A stretch of 64,000 bases of DNA from Proteromonas lacertae. Its lineage: Eukaryota. Within the stretch, counting starts at the first letter, position 1. The number at the start of each line of letters is the position of its first letter. The notes beneath the pieces were generated by a model. It was not told the DNA's origin. It did not search any database and saw nothing but the letters and a program-made list of their open reading frames with translations. The stretch lies in contig NGBS01000588.1 of the NCBI GenBank assembly GCA_002245135.1, positions 1 through 64,000 of the forward strand, given 5' to 3'. Shown here one piece after another: positions 1 through 14,900 of this stretch. The position numbers and the translations under genes are program-made.

Positions 1-864
1 TGTCAAGAACTTGAAGAGGCTCAAAAATCAAATCCGATTAGTTCGATTAGAATGTGATAGAAGAATTGCAGAATATCAAAAGAACGTTGAGACTGATTTA
101 ATAGATTGGGGACCAATGGCTGGACCAATCATGGATCAGGAGAATAAAAATGTCTTTAGATTCTAATAGTAATAACAATAGTTATCAAGAAAGTCCATTA
201 AAAATACACCTTATAAAATGCAACAGGAAAAGTTGAAATTGTTGGAGAATTGTAATCAGATATTTTTACAAGAGAAAGCTAAATCTGAAATGGAGAATCA
301 GATATTGAAAGATGAGGTAGAAAAGAAGAATTCAATGATTCATGAACTAATGAACCAATTGAAGAGAGATACAAAGAGATATACTGAAATGAAGTCTAAA
401 ATCAATCCAGATGCATTAGCCGCTTTGAATACAGCTGGGAATGTGAATGCAGCTACTTCTAGTAGTGAATATACCAAAGAACCAGTGTTTGATAGATTAA
501 CTAATCCTAATAATTTCACTGGTATTTCTAGATCTACTTATCAAGGTAAAGGTGATAGACAATTATCTCAATTTGATTATTTTAAAGAGCAATTAAGATC
601 AGAACCTTCTCCTCCACCTGCTGCACATGGTATGAAGAAGTCTTCTATTGAAAATGCAAGGCATTCACCAAGTCCACAGAAAGATCCTTTAGGTGTTCCA
701 CGTTAATCGATGGAATGAAAGAAAAAAGACCAACCACTGCTCCTGGTCCATCTTCTGTATTTGATCGATTAACAGATTCTAACTATTATACAGGTAGTCA
801 GAAGATAAGAGCCATTGAGATTAAAGAGAAATTGAAGATGATTAAAAAAGGAGCAAAAGAATAA
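1..864 (+). CDS. 3' part of a coiled-coil protein with two partial p25alpha (TPPP/apicortin-type) motifs; 5'-truncated by the window edge
   Basis: Frame open from base 2; a 30-nt GT-AG intron (152-181) joins it to ORF 218-706 (VFDRLTNPNNFTG). After a 1-nt shift near 704 the frame continues to VFDRLTDSNYYTGSQK and TAA at 862-864. Confidence 0.6.
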
Positions 865-906
865 TACATATGTAATGTTATTTATAAAATTCAAAAAATC
901 TTTTGT

Positions 907-2307
907 TTATAAAGTAGAAAAAAATAAAACAAAACTTTTATATAATACTTGATTGCAATTCTGACTTACATATTTAATAACAATATCACTATGTAACTCT
1001 TCATCAGCAGCAATTCTTTGCCCATCTTCCTTCTCAGCATAAACCATTGATTTTCCTAACTCTGGATTAATCATTAATGCTAATTTCCTAACAGTAGTTC
1101 CTCTTTTACAAGATAACAAGCTCCAAATACATGTTTTGCACTTTTTGAACTACTGTAAGTGGTAAATGATCTAACTGGATAACACTTGATAGGATTTAAC
1201 ATATCAATGGCTGTTTGAATCGCTTTCCATACACCAGTTCCATCAAAACGGTATAATATTTTATCTTTTATTTTATTTAAAGTTGTTTTTGTAACTGAAT
1301 CTAAACCAACTAATTTCAACTATTTTAAAAATAATATATAAAATTTGATTATATACTGATGGATCATCTTCTAAGGTTATAAAAGTAGAATCCCCTGGTA
1401 AATATTTTATTTTTTTCTGTTTTCTTACTCTATTTAAATAACATTCAGTTAATGCACTTGCAATAACACATTGATAATATGGAAATTTTTCATATATTTT
1501 TTCTATGTTCTTTTCTGTATCATCACTCAAATCTGCTTTATTTAACACAAGCACAGTTGGAAATCTAATCAATAAAAATGTATCTACTATCTTATGTATA
1601 TGATCTTCCGTCCAATTTTGGATATCAGCTGTATCTTTTATATTCAACTCTTCACATACTTTAACACTCATAGCAGGTGATGTCCATATCCTGAAAATTG
1701 AGTCTGTAACATTTCGGCAATAGTTGGTGGATCTTTCGTATGTCGCTGAGCTAGATGGCTTCGTACAATGTTAGGCCATTTTTTCCATATATTATTGAAT
1801 ACCCACATGTGCAATTCATTCTTTAACCATTCTACATCTCGTGAAGGGTCATATCCTTTAGTTGATTCGCCTTTTTCATTTGTTTCTCCTGATGCATCTA
1901 TTATGTGTAATAATACATCTGCATGACGTAAATCATCTAAAAACTATTTGAAAATATATATATTGAGGTAATTACTTTATTTCCCAAACCAGCTCCTTCT
2001 GATGCTCCTGGAATCAATCCAGCAACATCCAATAGTTTGACTGGTATATATCTAATTCCATTAACACACTTACCCACTAATGGTTTACATTGATTACTTA
2101 CAACCTCTGCTTTTACAAGGACAATCAGCCTCTAAAATACGTAACACCGGTATTAGGATCAATTGTTGTAAATGGATAATTACCAACCTATTATTTGAGA
2201 ATTTTACTAAATACTTTTGCATTTCCATCTGTGACAGAATTAAAAAATGTTGATTTGCCTGATGATGGTTTACCAACACATCCTACGGTAATTTCCCAAC
2301 CAGGCAT
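907..2307 (-). CDS. Obg-family GTPase, Ygr210/archaeal-like subfamily
   Basis: Spliced translation: MPGWEITVGCVGKPSSGKSTFFN (G1), NYPFTTIDPN (G2), LDVAGLIPGA (G3), LNKAD (G4), a Cys-rich insert and a C-terminal TGS-like segment. Short introns; single-base indels near 2135, 2098 and 1683. Confidence 0.85.
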
Positions 2308-2963
2308 TGAGAATAAAGAATTTGAATTATCTGCTGTATGAAATTTCTTTTTCGTAACCCTGATTATTAAAAACTGTTTTTTGTATATAATGAATGGCTT
2401 TATTCTGGTTGATTTAGATTTTGGAGGTTCACAATTATATCATAAAGTATTTTTAAATTGTAATATGTAGTGTTTTGTTGATAATTTTGGTTTTGAAATT
2501 ACTAGAAGGCCAATCAAAATTATACTGTTCAAAATGTCATTTAGAGCATGTGGATGATTATAATTTAAGTTCCTTTTATATGCAATATACTCTATGTCTC
2601 AATCAACGATTTAGGCATATCATCATATGAAAGTGAACTATTTAATATAAAATTTATTAAACAAAATAAAAATAATGTAAATTTTCTCTCAATTGTATTT
2701 TTAAAACCAAATATATTTTATCAATTTTCAAACCATTTTTTATCCCTTCATACAACATCAATACTAAATTCAATATCAATAAATCCAAATGTATTTATAT
2801 AAATGATCTATTAATATTCTATTAGAAAACTAAACTATAAACTTTATATAAATGAAATGAAAGAAAAAATGAAAGAGAATATCACATCAATGATTGAATC
2901 AATAAATGTATGTTATTTTGTAATTTATTTTATATTTAGAAGAATATAATCTGCTTATTTGTT

Positions 2964-3796
2964 ATGAAACAGTCAAACATTAATGTTCCAAATGAATATT
3001 ATTGCTATGGAAGTAATCGTATTCAGTCACTAACAAATTATGAGAAAATAACAAAATCATTATTTGAAATGATATATAAAACAAATAAGAAAAAACATTA
3101 TAGAATTATGAATGGAACTGATGATTTAAAATGTATAATAAATTATGGAGATAACAATCATCTGATTGTTTTATCAACATGTGGTTGTTATATCAGTATT
3201 TTAGTAAATGATAATAATGAATATTCTATGAATATTGTTAATGTAAATTATAGTCCATTGAATGATCTAATATTCAGTATTAATGAATTTTTATTGTGAA
3301 TATGTTGTTTGAGTTTTTTCATTAATTTATGATAGCTGTAAAAAAAAACGAAATGAATGGTTATGAAAATCAATTAAAAAATCTCACTATATATCCATAC
3401 GCATTGGGAAAGGAAGAGAAAGACATGATTATGAAGATTACAAAAGACAATTGGTCATTTTCGTCTGTCTATTACAATCACACTGATTTTACTGAAACAA
3501 TTCACGTAAAGAAGCTTGATGACTTTGATAAGTTGATTCCTACAAGAGTATCCTTGATAAAAATTGATGTAGAAGCTGCTGAATATGATATGATTGAAGG
3601 AGGTAAAGAATTCTTTAACCATCATAAAACTGAATATATCCATATGGAGGCTGATTGTGGGAAGAAAGGAACTGATGGAAAATATGAAATTGAGAAGCCG
3701 TTTAAAATCCTCGATGATATGGGTTATGAGGTTATAAAGAAGTTTGATTGTCTAAGAATCCAAAAATCCAACATTGTTGCTAAGAGAAAAAACTGA
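2964..3796 (+). CDS. FkbM-family methyltransferase-like protein (5' end uncertain, possibly near 2390)
   Basis: YPYALG and LDDF...LIKIDVEAAEYDMIEGG are typical FkbM motifs. A phase-1 intron (about 3278-3335) joins ORFs 2964-3299 and 3329-3796. The SAM-binding motif looks degenerate. Confidence 0.55.
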
Positions 3797-4149
3797 TATG
3801 TTGAACAGTTCATCTCTTCTATAGTCAGTGAGTTAAAACTCTTATAAAATTGATTCATCATACTATTGCTTGTTTGTCTAGGTTATATAATGCCATTGAC
3901 AATATATACATAATAGAATTACACACTTGGTGAAAATTTTCAAATATTTGAGAAAAAATAATACATTTTTATAACTACAAGGGTTATAATGCTACATTTG
4001 GCATATAATGTAAAAGTAAATAACCTGAGAAATAACTAGATTGATGAATGTAATATTTGACTGTTTCAAAATAAATAATCGTTTCATGATAAAAACGAAT
4101 CAATTTTTTATAAATAAAAGCGTTTTATCTTTTTATAGTGATCCAATAA

Positions 4150-6935
4150 ATGGAAGTTAGTATAAAACGTTTGTCTCAAGGGTATGTTGTATTATCTATT
4201 GAATTTAGATTTATTGGAGCAAGAGGGGTTAAAGATTGTAGTTTATTGACTTTTAAATTGGAATTCCAAGATTTTATATGTTATAAAATACCAGTTTTAC
4301 TATCTAGTCAGTATTTTAGGAATTTAGTAAAGACTAAATATAAAACTGAGAAAAATCCTGTAATTGACGTTAAAAATGAAGATGCTAGAGCTATGTTTAA
4401 TCTATTGACGTATTTAAACTTTGCAAATGTATATGACCTGTCAAATATAATTATTAGATAACTTTAAACCGAGATACAGCAATACCAATGTTAAACCTCT
4501 CATACAAATACCAACAGAATGAACTATACGATCAATGTAAAGAATTCATCTTACCTCATTTCAGTCAGAAATACATTGAAATGATGGAAAATGAGTTACT
4601 TCCTGAAGTATTTAGTGATTTTCAAGAATTTATCGATGAGTTCCATGAACATGGTGATAAGAATATACGTAAACATCTCGCAGTACAAAGCGTAACACTA
4701 TCATTTCCAATTCCACGAGGAGGGTATATATATATATATATTAATATCATAAATCTATATAATAAAATAGTGTATTAGAACTAGCACAAAACTATAAACT
4801 ATGTGATGCTATTGTATTAATTAAAAATTCAGATACGTTGGATCAACAGTCAATACCAGTAATGAGAGTACCATTAATTCATAACTGTCCATTTTTCCTT
4901 GGATTCTTTCTAAAGAGTAAATACAAAGGCCAAAGAGGGACTTATGTATTATATGATATTGATGGAAATATATTTAGATTAATATTAACGTATTTAAGTT
5001 TTGGATCTGTATATATGAATTATTATTTAGAAAATAGATATTTATAACTGATGAAAATGTAGTAGAGTTATATCATTTATGTAATAAATACAAAGTGTCT
5101 GATTTAGAAGTACTAGCATTAGAGTATTTAGATAATATTTATCATTTATAGTTATATGAAAAAGAATCTCAACGGAATGATAGCTGCATCACTTTTTACC
5201 TTCACCAAACACTCCAGAATCAAACCAATGCTAAAAGATATCATCAATGCCATGAAGAATGATGCAAAATTCGTTATACATCCAAATGTCATTATCAAAT
5301 TTCCAAAAGAATCAATTACTAAGATTATGGAGATGCACGATGTGATATTTCCAGATGAATTTCAAATTGGTGATGCAATCTTGAGATTATATGATTATTT
5401 AATGCATGGAGCTGATATTCAAGCAGTTAAAGTCGAAAAGAAGAGATTATCTCAATTACAGGAAATGTCATCTGAATACTCAACAGGTACAAATGAAAGT
5501 ACTGGTGAAAGTGAGAGTGAAAGTGAAGATGAATTAGCAGAAGCAGCTGGTAAGAGTAAGCCGAAGATGAGTAAAGATGATATTAGGGATTATATTAGAT
5601 CATTGTGTAATTATATTAGATGGGATAAATTACCAATTAGCTGTATATATATATATATATATATATATCATTTCTATCTTCTCATTTTATTTTTTTTCTA
5701 TTCTTTTCAATAGATATTATGCAGAATTTCTCACCTAAACAACTCTACTCACCCAACGAATCAATTGATTTATACGAAATCAGTTCAGGAGCATTAAAAG
5801 ATTGGCCTGAACCATTCAAATACAGAGATAGACAATACATAGGTTATATTCAAACCAGTTCAATGGCAATAAATGAATTTATTAATGACTCAATCACTTC
5901 AAATAATATTCACTTTATAGTAAGAGAAGAAATATTTGAAATGATTAAAGAAGAACCAATTCTTATAACAGAAATATCAGATATATTAAAAGGAGCAAAA
6001 ACTCGATCATTAGTTTGTATTTTGACTTTATTATTACAATGTGCTTATGAGAAAGAGATTAAAGATTCAATGATTGATTCAGAGATAATAGAAACAACAG
6101 AACAACATACAGAATCACCATCTTTAATCGTAGAAACATTATCAAAGCATTTATTATCTAATCTTTATGAAGATGATGATAAGATAAAAGAATTGGTATA
6201 TAAAAGTAGTTCAAGAGATCAAATGTACTACTGGCGAAGAGGGACTAAGTTTATGCAATTTGAATGTGAGAATGCGTTATTAAAGAGATTAATTGTGGAT
6301 GAATCATATTCTGAAACTATTAAAGTGAGTGGTGGTAATATATTATTAACTACATTGTTGTATAAAGGAAAATTATCTTTGTCGTTATTACCATCAAATG
6401 CTTATCCACTTAGCAGTATATATATAAACTTCATTTTCTTTTTTAATTACTATCTTCATTATATATATTGTAATGTTATATATAGATAATGTATTAAAAA
6501 GTCTGTTTATGTTATTTGGTCCAAAATTAATTGGTGATATTTGGAATGCCAACAATATTCCCAAAATCAGAGCCATGTTAATCAGTTTCATACAAAACTT
6601 CGATTTTACCTTAGAAGAATACAACATCCTAGTAACAATGGCAGGTTTATCATTACTAGTAAAGTTATTTAGTTCATCCAATACAATGATCAAAGCAAAG
6701 ACAAATCAAGTATTACAACAAGTTACATTAGATCGAGCTACATCTGAGGTTATATTGAATTATTGTGGTAGTAATTATTACATTGGATTATTATATAATA
6801 AAACAACTGAAGGGTTGAAAATCCCAGTGAGTTTATTGATAGAAAGAGAATGGGATCCAACTGAGATAGTGGAAATTGATAGATATTTATTATCTAAAGA
6901 TATATTAACTATAACATCCTTAGATTTATCATGTA

Positions 6936-6983
<48 letters not shown>

Positions 6984-9900
6984 GATCGAAGAGTGAATAA
7001 TAATGTAATGAATCCATTAGCAACTTTCTTTCATTTCTTTGTATCGATTAATTCTATTGATTTATCACGTATATATATATGTTATTATTTTATTATAATA
7101 TATTATAGATAATGAAATATTTAGTGCTGGTTTAATTGATTTTAGTAATGCATTGGTTAGTGCAAATTTAACTAAATTAGAAAATCTCAATCTATCATGT
7201 ATTGATTTTATTTGTTTTTTTATTATTTTTAGATAATTATTTTGATAATTATGCAATGACATTATTATCAGAAGTGTTAGTAAAAGCTGAACTTCATACA
7301 CTTCAGAATTTATATATAAATAATAATAAAATAGGAAATGAAGGATTTATAGCTTTATGCCAAACAATAATGAAAAATACAATTCCACATTTGAAAAGGT
7401 TTGACTTGTCAAGTATGATTTTATTCATTTTTACTTTCTTTTTTTAATAGATAATATGATAAACAATGATGGATTAAAAGCATTAGGAAACTTGATTTTA
7501 CAAGATAAACTACCAGAATTAGAATATTTGAATATAAAAGGAAATAAAACTGGTGATTTAGGAATCTATCATTTATCCCTTACACTTAAAGACAAATCAT
7601 TACCAAATCTAAGGACTTTGGATTTATCAAATAACTATATATGTGATACAGGTTTAAGCAGATTGGTAAATTCAATAGTAAGTGGAAGATCATTGAAAAT
7701 ACATACAATTATATTGAATCGTATATATTATTATATTCATTTTTTATAGGTAATGGATTAAATGATGATTGTTTAATTTCACTAAGTCAATTAATGTCAC
7801 ATAAAGGTTTTCATTTACATTCACTCTACATGAAATGTATTATTATTTTGAATATATTATATTTATAGACAACAGTGTAACAGAAAAAGGAATGAAATTG
7901 TTATATGAAAATCTCAAAGATAAACCAACTAGAATCAAAGTATTAGATTTCACTAGAAATAAAATCAATGAAAATGGCTTAAATACATTCATAAAGTTAT
8001 TAGCAACAGGAAATTTAAGCAAATTAGAAAGTGTCACATTTAGCAGTATAATAATATATATATTTATATTTATTTACAATAGTAAATCCAATCTTCATTA
8101 CATCCTTAGAAGATTTAAATAAAGCATTAAACAATGGTTGTTGTCCAAAATTAAGAGAATTCCATCTTGCTGCTACAGATATACCATCTCAAGAAATATG
8201 CAACTTATATCAATACAAATCAGAGAAATTTCCACCAATAGAATCTATTATTTTAACGGATATATTATTTGATGGAAAAACTTTTACAGAGTTTTGTAAG
8301 ATTTTAGTGGAAAATAAACATATTAAAGGAAAAGTGTTTAATATGAATATGTGTTGTATATATATATATATATGTTATTTTTATTATTAATATAGTAAGA
8401 TATTTAAATGATATTAATATAAAGAATATAATCAAAGTGTTTGACAGTGGCTTGTGGGATGGATTAGAAGTGATTTCATTGGTTGATAATAGTATCTCAG
8501 ATAGTGGATTAAGTTATTTATGTAGAGCTTTATCAAAGAGAAAATACAATAATTTGAAACATATCAATTTTAGCTGTATATTTATATATTTTATTTTTGT
8601 TATTTATTATAGTGAATAATATTACATTAAATGGCGTAAGAGATTCTTTAGTTACAATATTCAATGAAGAAGCCTGTCCAAATTTAGAACGATTAGATTT
8701 ATATGGAAATTATATACAAAAAGAAGGTTGTATATTCATATCAGATTCACTGTCAAAACATCCACTCAAGAAATTGCAATATTTAAACATCGGATCTTGT
8801 CATATAGGAGATGAAGGATTAGAATTAATTTCCACTAAGATATTAGCCTCAGAGAACTACTATCAAATGACAGAATTCTGTTGTCAAGATAATTCAATAG
8901 GAGATAATGGCGTATATTCAATAATAACTGCATTATCTAAAAATAAAGACCAAAAAATGCAAATATTGAATTTATCACATAATAATTTCAGTGGGAGATT
9001 ATTAATAAATTTCCATGCAGCAATGGATAAAGGATTCTTAAGAGACATTCATACCATTTACATCAACAAAACAAATACATTTCCTTATCAAATAGAGCAG
9101 TTTAATACGAATAATATAGAGAAGCAATATTTACCTTGGAATTATAGAGATTTGGATAGTGAAAAACCATTGGTTGAGTTGAATGGAATGGTACAGACTT
9201 TAGTAGATCATAACACTCCAAATTTACAACAGTGGAATATATCATGTATAAAAACATTAACATTTTATCCTTTCTTTTTTTTCTTTTTTTTATTCTTATA
9301 TTTTTATGAAATTGTATTTATATTAATATCTATATAGCGCAAGAATTAGAAAGAAGAAACTTCATGGAATTAGTTCGATTATTATTCATTGGATATATGC
9401 CTGAAATACGTAAAGATTTATTATCAAAATTAATCACACAATGTTATAACTTAGAGAATTTATTATTATTAGCTGTTTTCTGGAAGTTAGGAAATACTTA
9501 TGTGAAATCTAAAATAGAACATACAATTGAAAGAATACCAAGTATAATTACTATATTTTTATTATAGATAAACGTAATGTGTTGGAAATATATCAATATG
9601 GGAGTGTAATAATGTTAATAAACTTATGGGAACAAATAAGAGAAAAAGATCGATTAATTATACCTGAATCTATAGCAGAAGAAGTTGAAAGTATGAATAT
9701 ATTATAATACTGTCTTTTTCTGTATTTTTTGTATTTTTCTGTATTTTCAACTGTCTTTTTGTATTTACTTATTTTTAATAGATTACGATTTGGAGGAGCT
9801 TCGTAGTCATGAAAAATATGATTTATTATCATACATATGGGCAATGGTACCTGAAACAAAACATTTTACCGTTTCAACAGTATTATCAGATACAAATCCA

Positions 9901-11884
9901 AACGAAGAGCAATTCAAACAAATGTGTGAACATGGTGGATATATGTTAATATCTACATTAGCCGTTACAGCTAATGGAGAATTAAGAGACAAATGTATTC
10001 GTCAATTAGGTGAAGCTAAGAATAGTGATTTATATTTACATAACTTGGTAGAATCAAAGAATTACCAATTAATAATCCAACTGTGGAAGACTGGTAGTCA
10101 AGTTATAAGATCTAAAGCAAGACAAGTGTTATTAGATATTGAATTTGATAGTATAAATGCTATATATTTATTTATTTATTTAAAATAGTGAATCAATTAA
10201 GAAAACTATATGAAAAATTCGACTTATCATTTTTAATACTATTACTATCAACTTCTCATAAATCCGTGTTAAGAAATGTAAAAGAATTATTAAATCATAA
10301 CAAGTGGCCAATCACTCATATTGAGTCAATAGATAGTATATTTTGTAATGAAGCTATTAATGGAATTGTTGAATTGAATTTATCAGAAAGAGGAATAGAT
10401 GATAATTCATTAAAACAATTGTCATATACACTTCATTTGTTTGAGAAATTACAGATATTGAATCTATCATGTATATATATTATTATTATTATTATTATTA
10501 TTATTTAGTTAATAAAATTGGAGATAATGGATTTTACTATTTACTTTCCGTTCTTTCAAAGAATCCTCAATTGAAAGTAAATACATTAAATATGGGAAGT
10601 ATAATATATATATATATTCATTTTTTATATAGATAATAAGCTAACAGGAGTTTCATTATGTTACTTTGCAATATGTGTAGCAAGTTCAAAATTAGAGTCA
10701 TTAGAATCGTTAGATTTAAGTTTTAATGAGATATCAACAATTGAAAACTATCAGTTACACTTATTTGAATATAATATTCGATGTAATTTAAAGTATTTAA
10801 ATATTGAAGGAAATCCATTTAATGAAAATGGAATTAGATTATTATCAGATTTCTTATTGAATGATCGACTTAAAGATTTGAAATGTTTTAATATTTCATG
10901 TATGTTTATCTTTTATATTTATTAGCAATTACTTCAACAATGGTATTAGCTGAATTATTAGAATTACTATCTCAGAATAAAACACCAAAATTAGAAATAT
11001 TAAATTTCAACAATATATCAATGGATGAAACAATAATAGAACAATTTTCTAATTATATATCACAAAAACCATCCATTCATACAATATCAATGGAATATAT
11101 GTTATATAATAATAATGTGAACTTAACTCAACTTGGTTCATTGTTATTCAGTAATTGTAATAGTTTAATAAATTTGAATATTTCTGGTTCAAATTTACAT
11201 GAGAATGGATATTTTGTACAATTATTCTCAATTCTAAAATCACAAAATCTTAAAATTCCTTTACAATCACTTAATCTATCAAGTATATTATACTTATATA
11301 TTCACATTATTAATATTGAAAATAGATAATGGTTTAAATATTGATGATATAAAACTTCTTTCAACAATAATAGAAATGAAATCAATCAAAGAATTGAAAG
11401 AATTATATCTATCGAATAATGAAATAAATGATGATTGTATAGAATTGTTATTAGATTCAATTATTATTAAACACTATAAATCTTTAGAAATATTTGATAT
11501 TTCTTCAACTGAAATTACTGATGTTTCAACAGGATGTATTCTTCATTCATTTGAAGAGAAATGTTTTAATAATTTGAAGAGATTAATATTACATTCAAAT
11601 AATATTAGTGATTATGGATTATGGAATTTGAAAAGATGTTTAACCGATAAGAGTTTAATAGATAGTTTGAATTTACATATATTAGATCTTCATTGTATAT
11701 ATATAATTAATAATCTTTAGGTTGTAAAATTAGTAATAATGCTGAACCATATATTCATGATTTAGTAAAACTATCTAATAATAAGTTAGAGAATATAGAT
11801 TTATGTGATAATGAAATAGAAGAAGATATAGAAGAATTACTAATAGATTTTAGTAAATCTCATAATGTAGTTTTAAACTTTTAA
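4150..11884 (+). CDS. Large multi-exon BTB-BTB-BACK protein with two blocks of ribonuclease-inhibitor-type leucine-rich repeats
   Basis: The junctions checked splice in frame through short GT-AG introns. BTB-like SSQYFRNLV...AMFNLLTYL and NCPFFLGFF...IFRLILTYL, BACK-like DEFQIGDAILR, then many LxxLxLSxNxIxDxG repeats; stop TAA at 11882-11884. Confidence 0.75.
6938..6980. repeat. (TTA)n microsatellite inside an intron
   Basis: About 14 consecutive TTA units after the GT donor at 6933. Confidence 0.9.
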
Positions 11885-11937
11885 TTGTTTATGTTTTTTT
11901 TCTTTTTATAAATCAACAATTTATAATATAATAAGAA

Positions 11938-14900
11938 TTATAATTGCTCAACATTGTTAAAATATTTAGATATATTTCTATTCTTCTTCTGAAATTCCAT
12001 CAATTCTAATTGAATTTATTGATGAAAATGTTTCTAAAAATGATTCTAATTCTATTTTATTTATATTCTTTTTTACTGTTATTGATAATTCATTTAAATA
12101 ATCAAATACTTCTTTGTTTTCTTTCATTAATCTTAATTCTTTTTTATTAAATACATTTCCTGATAGATTTATCTTTCTTAATGGTTCATAATCTTTTAAT
12201 CTTTCTATTAACATTCTCAATCCATTTTCAGTCATTCCAACATCTATTCGATTATATATTCAAAAAATACTTGATAAATTCAAAGATGGTGGATATTCAA
12301 CAAATTTTTTTAAATATTTACATATTATCTCTATTCCTTCATCTCCAATAGGATTATTCAAATATTAATATGCATTTATATCCATATTGTGGTATAGAAT
12401 CTGTTAATTCTTTTAATCCTTTAGAAGTAATGTTATTACTTGACAAATCTAAACCATCATAATCAATCTGTTTAATTAATGCTATATGAGAATCATTAAC
12501 ATTTAAATCTATTACATCATAAAAATACAATTCATATACTTGATAAAGCAAAACTTCTATATTCATGACATCTTTTCTTCTTTTTGATACAATAATTCAA
12601 ATAATATATCAATTCTTCATTTGTCCATAATAAACAATTGATTTTTATAAATGGAGTATCTTCTTTTTCTAACGATTCTGAACAAATCAATTTTAGACCA
12701 TTCATTCTGATATTGTTTCCTCTTAAATCGATTTTAGTATAACTACCTAATGAACATAGTTTATTTGTAATATATATCACACCTTCATCATTAATTGAAA
12801 TACTACTCAAATTAATATCACAATCATAACTTGTTTTTAATTTATTTGAATAATTTAGTAATAATTTAAATCCATTATTACCAATTGGATTATCTATTCA
12901 ACATTAAATAATATCTATATATACTATGAATAAATAAATATTCAATAATATCATTCTCTTTTATATAATTCATCAAATATTCTATTCCATTTGAATCAAT
13001 GTTATTATCACTTATATCAAGTTTGAATTTTACCAGGTAACATTTTTCAAACCATCTAGTAAATATTTCAATCCAGTTGATGATAATCCCATTTCTATTC
13101 AATAAATAATTACAATCATACTTGAACAGTTTATATTGCCATCTTCAATTAATAAATGCAAATGTGGAGATAATATTTTCACACCATCATCTCCAATTTC
13201 ATTTCCATATAATCTAAGATGTTTAAGATTTGGAAATGTAGATAAATTGTCTATCAGTATTTCAATACTTTTGTATGTAAGTTTATTATCTATATAATAG
13301 AAAAATATCAATTTATACTACTCAAATCTAATTTTTCAATTACTTTCAATTCATTTGATCTTAATGAAATGAATGATCTTAATAAATCATTATCAATATC
13401 TGAATTACTCAAATCTAAATCTTTGATATATCTGATTAAATTTGCAATACCTCTATCAATTAACAAGTCTTTATTCCCTTTGAATAAGATTTTTAATCCC
13501 TTTGAATTGATTTTTTTATCTCTACTAATATCAATTCTCTGTAGATTTGGATATTTATATAACTCTTTTGATAATAATATAATTGATTCATCATTTAAAT
13601 TCAATCTATCAAGAGTCAATATATTATCTTTGTTGATTAATAAATTTAAATATGGAAGTAACAATTTGAAGCCTTTTGGACCAATTGAATTTGCTAGTTC
13701 ATAATAATAATAACAATAGATACATAAAAGATTTACATATTCCAATTTCATGAATGGAATTGATTTAGCAAATGATTCAATGAAATGAAGATTTAGGTTG
13801 CATTCATCAAAATCTAATTCTTGTAGATTTGTTAATTGTGAAAATAATGATCCGAATAATGATTGATGTAGGATTGGAATACTTAGTCTACTATAATAAC
13901 CTAAACATATAAATTATCTGAATTATACTAAATGTCATTTTTGTTGGATTGATTAATCTCATTATTCTAAAGAAATAATTAATACCTTCTTCGCACATAC
14001 AAAAACATCTTGAATAAATATTCTATCTAAATAACACTCATTTCCTTCTTTACATTTGTGATGATTTTGAAATTTCAATTTTTTTTCTATTGATCTATCT
14101 GATGAACACCAGCCTTTTACACAATTATTATAGAAACTTTGAGATAACTTTTTCATCAATAATACTGATAATATTGTCTCATTTGGTTTATTATTGTAGG
14201 ATTCTATCAATTTATCTTCAAGTTCTTTCCATTTATTACTTTGAAGATGGTATTGAGATGGAAATACTATTGGCAAAAGTATAATTGCATAATCATTATT
14301 GTATAATATTTCTTTTCTTTCTTTACATATCATTATATTATCACCATCTTTTACCATTTCATTCATTTTTATCATTTCTTTCTTCAACTCTTTTAAACTC
14401 AATCTATCTTCTTTCTTCACTTTCAACATTCTATCTATCATTTCTTTCATCTTATCATCACATTCTATATCAATACTGTATTTACATCTCATTATATTAT
14501 TCATTGTTTTCATGATGTCATTATCTTCTGAAAATGGTAATTTCTTAAACATCATCTCAAATAATATACAACCAATTGACCAAATCACACTTCTTTCATT
14601 ACATTCATATTCATTTAACTCTTCAGGGCTTTTGAAGCATATATCATATAATCTATTTTCTTGTTCTCTTCTTATCTCATTAAGGAATAAATCACATATC
14701 TTTATTTTCTCATTCTCAATCACAATATTACTACTCTTCAAGTTTTTCATCATTATATCATTTTCATTCAACATCATCAAAATATCACATATACCACACA
14801 TCACATTATAAATATTAACACTTGAAACTGACTCTTTATGAATTGTATCTTCCAAGTCTCTCAAGTAATAATCTCTCTCATAAATCATCAGATTATCCCC

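Noticed and set aside
9700..9770. Imperfect CTGTATTTT repeats and ORF 9593-9859 (-)
   Set aside because: Intronic low-complexity sequence within the BTB-LRR gene.
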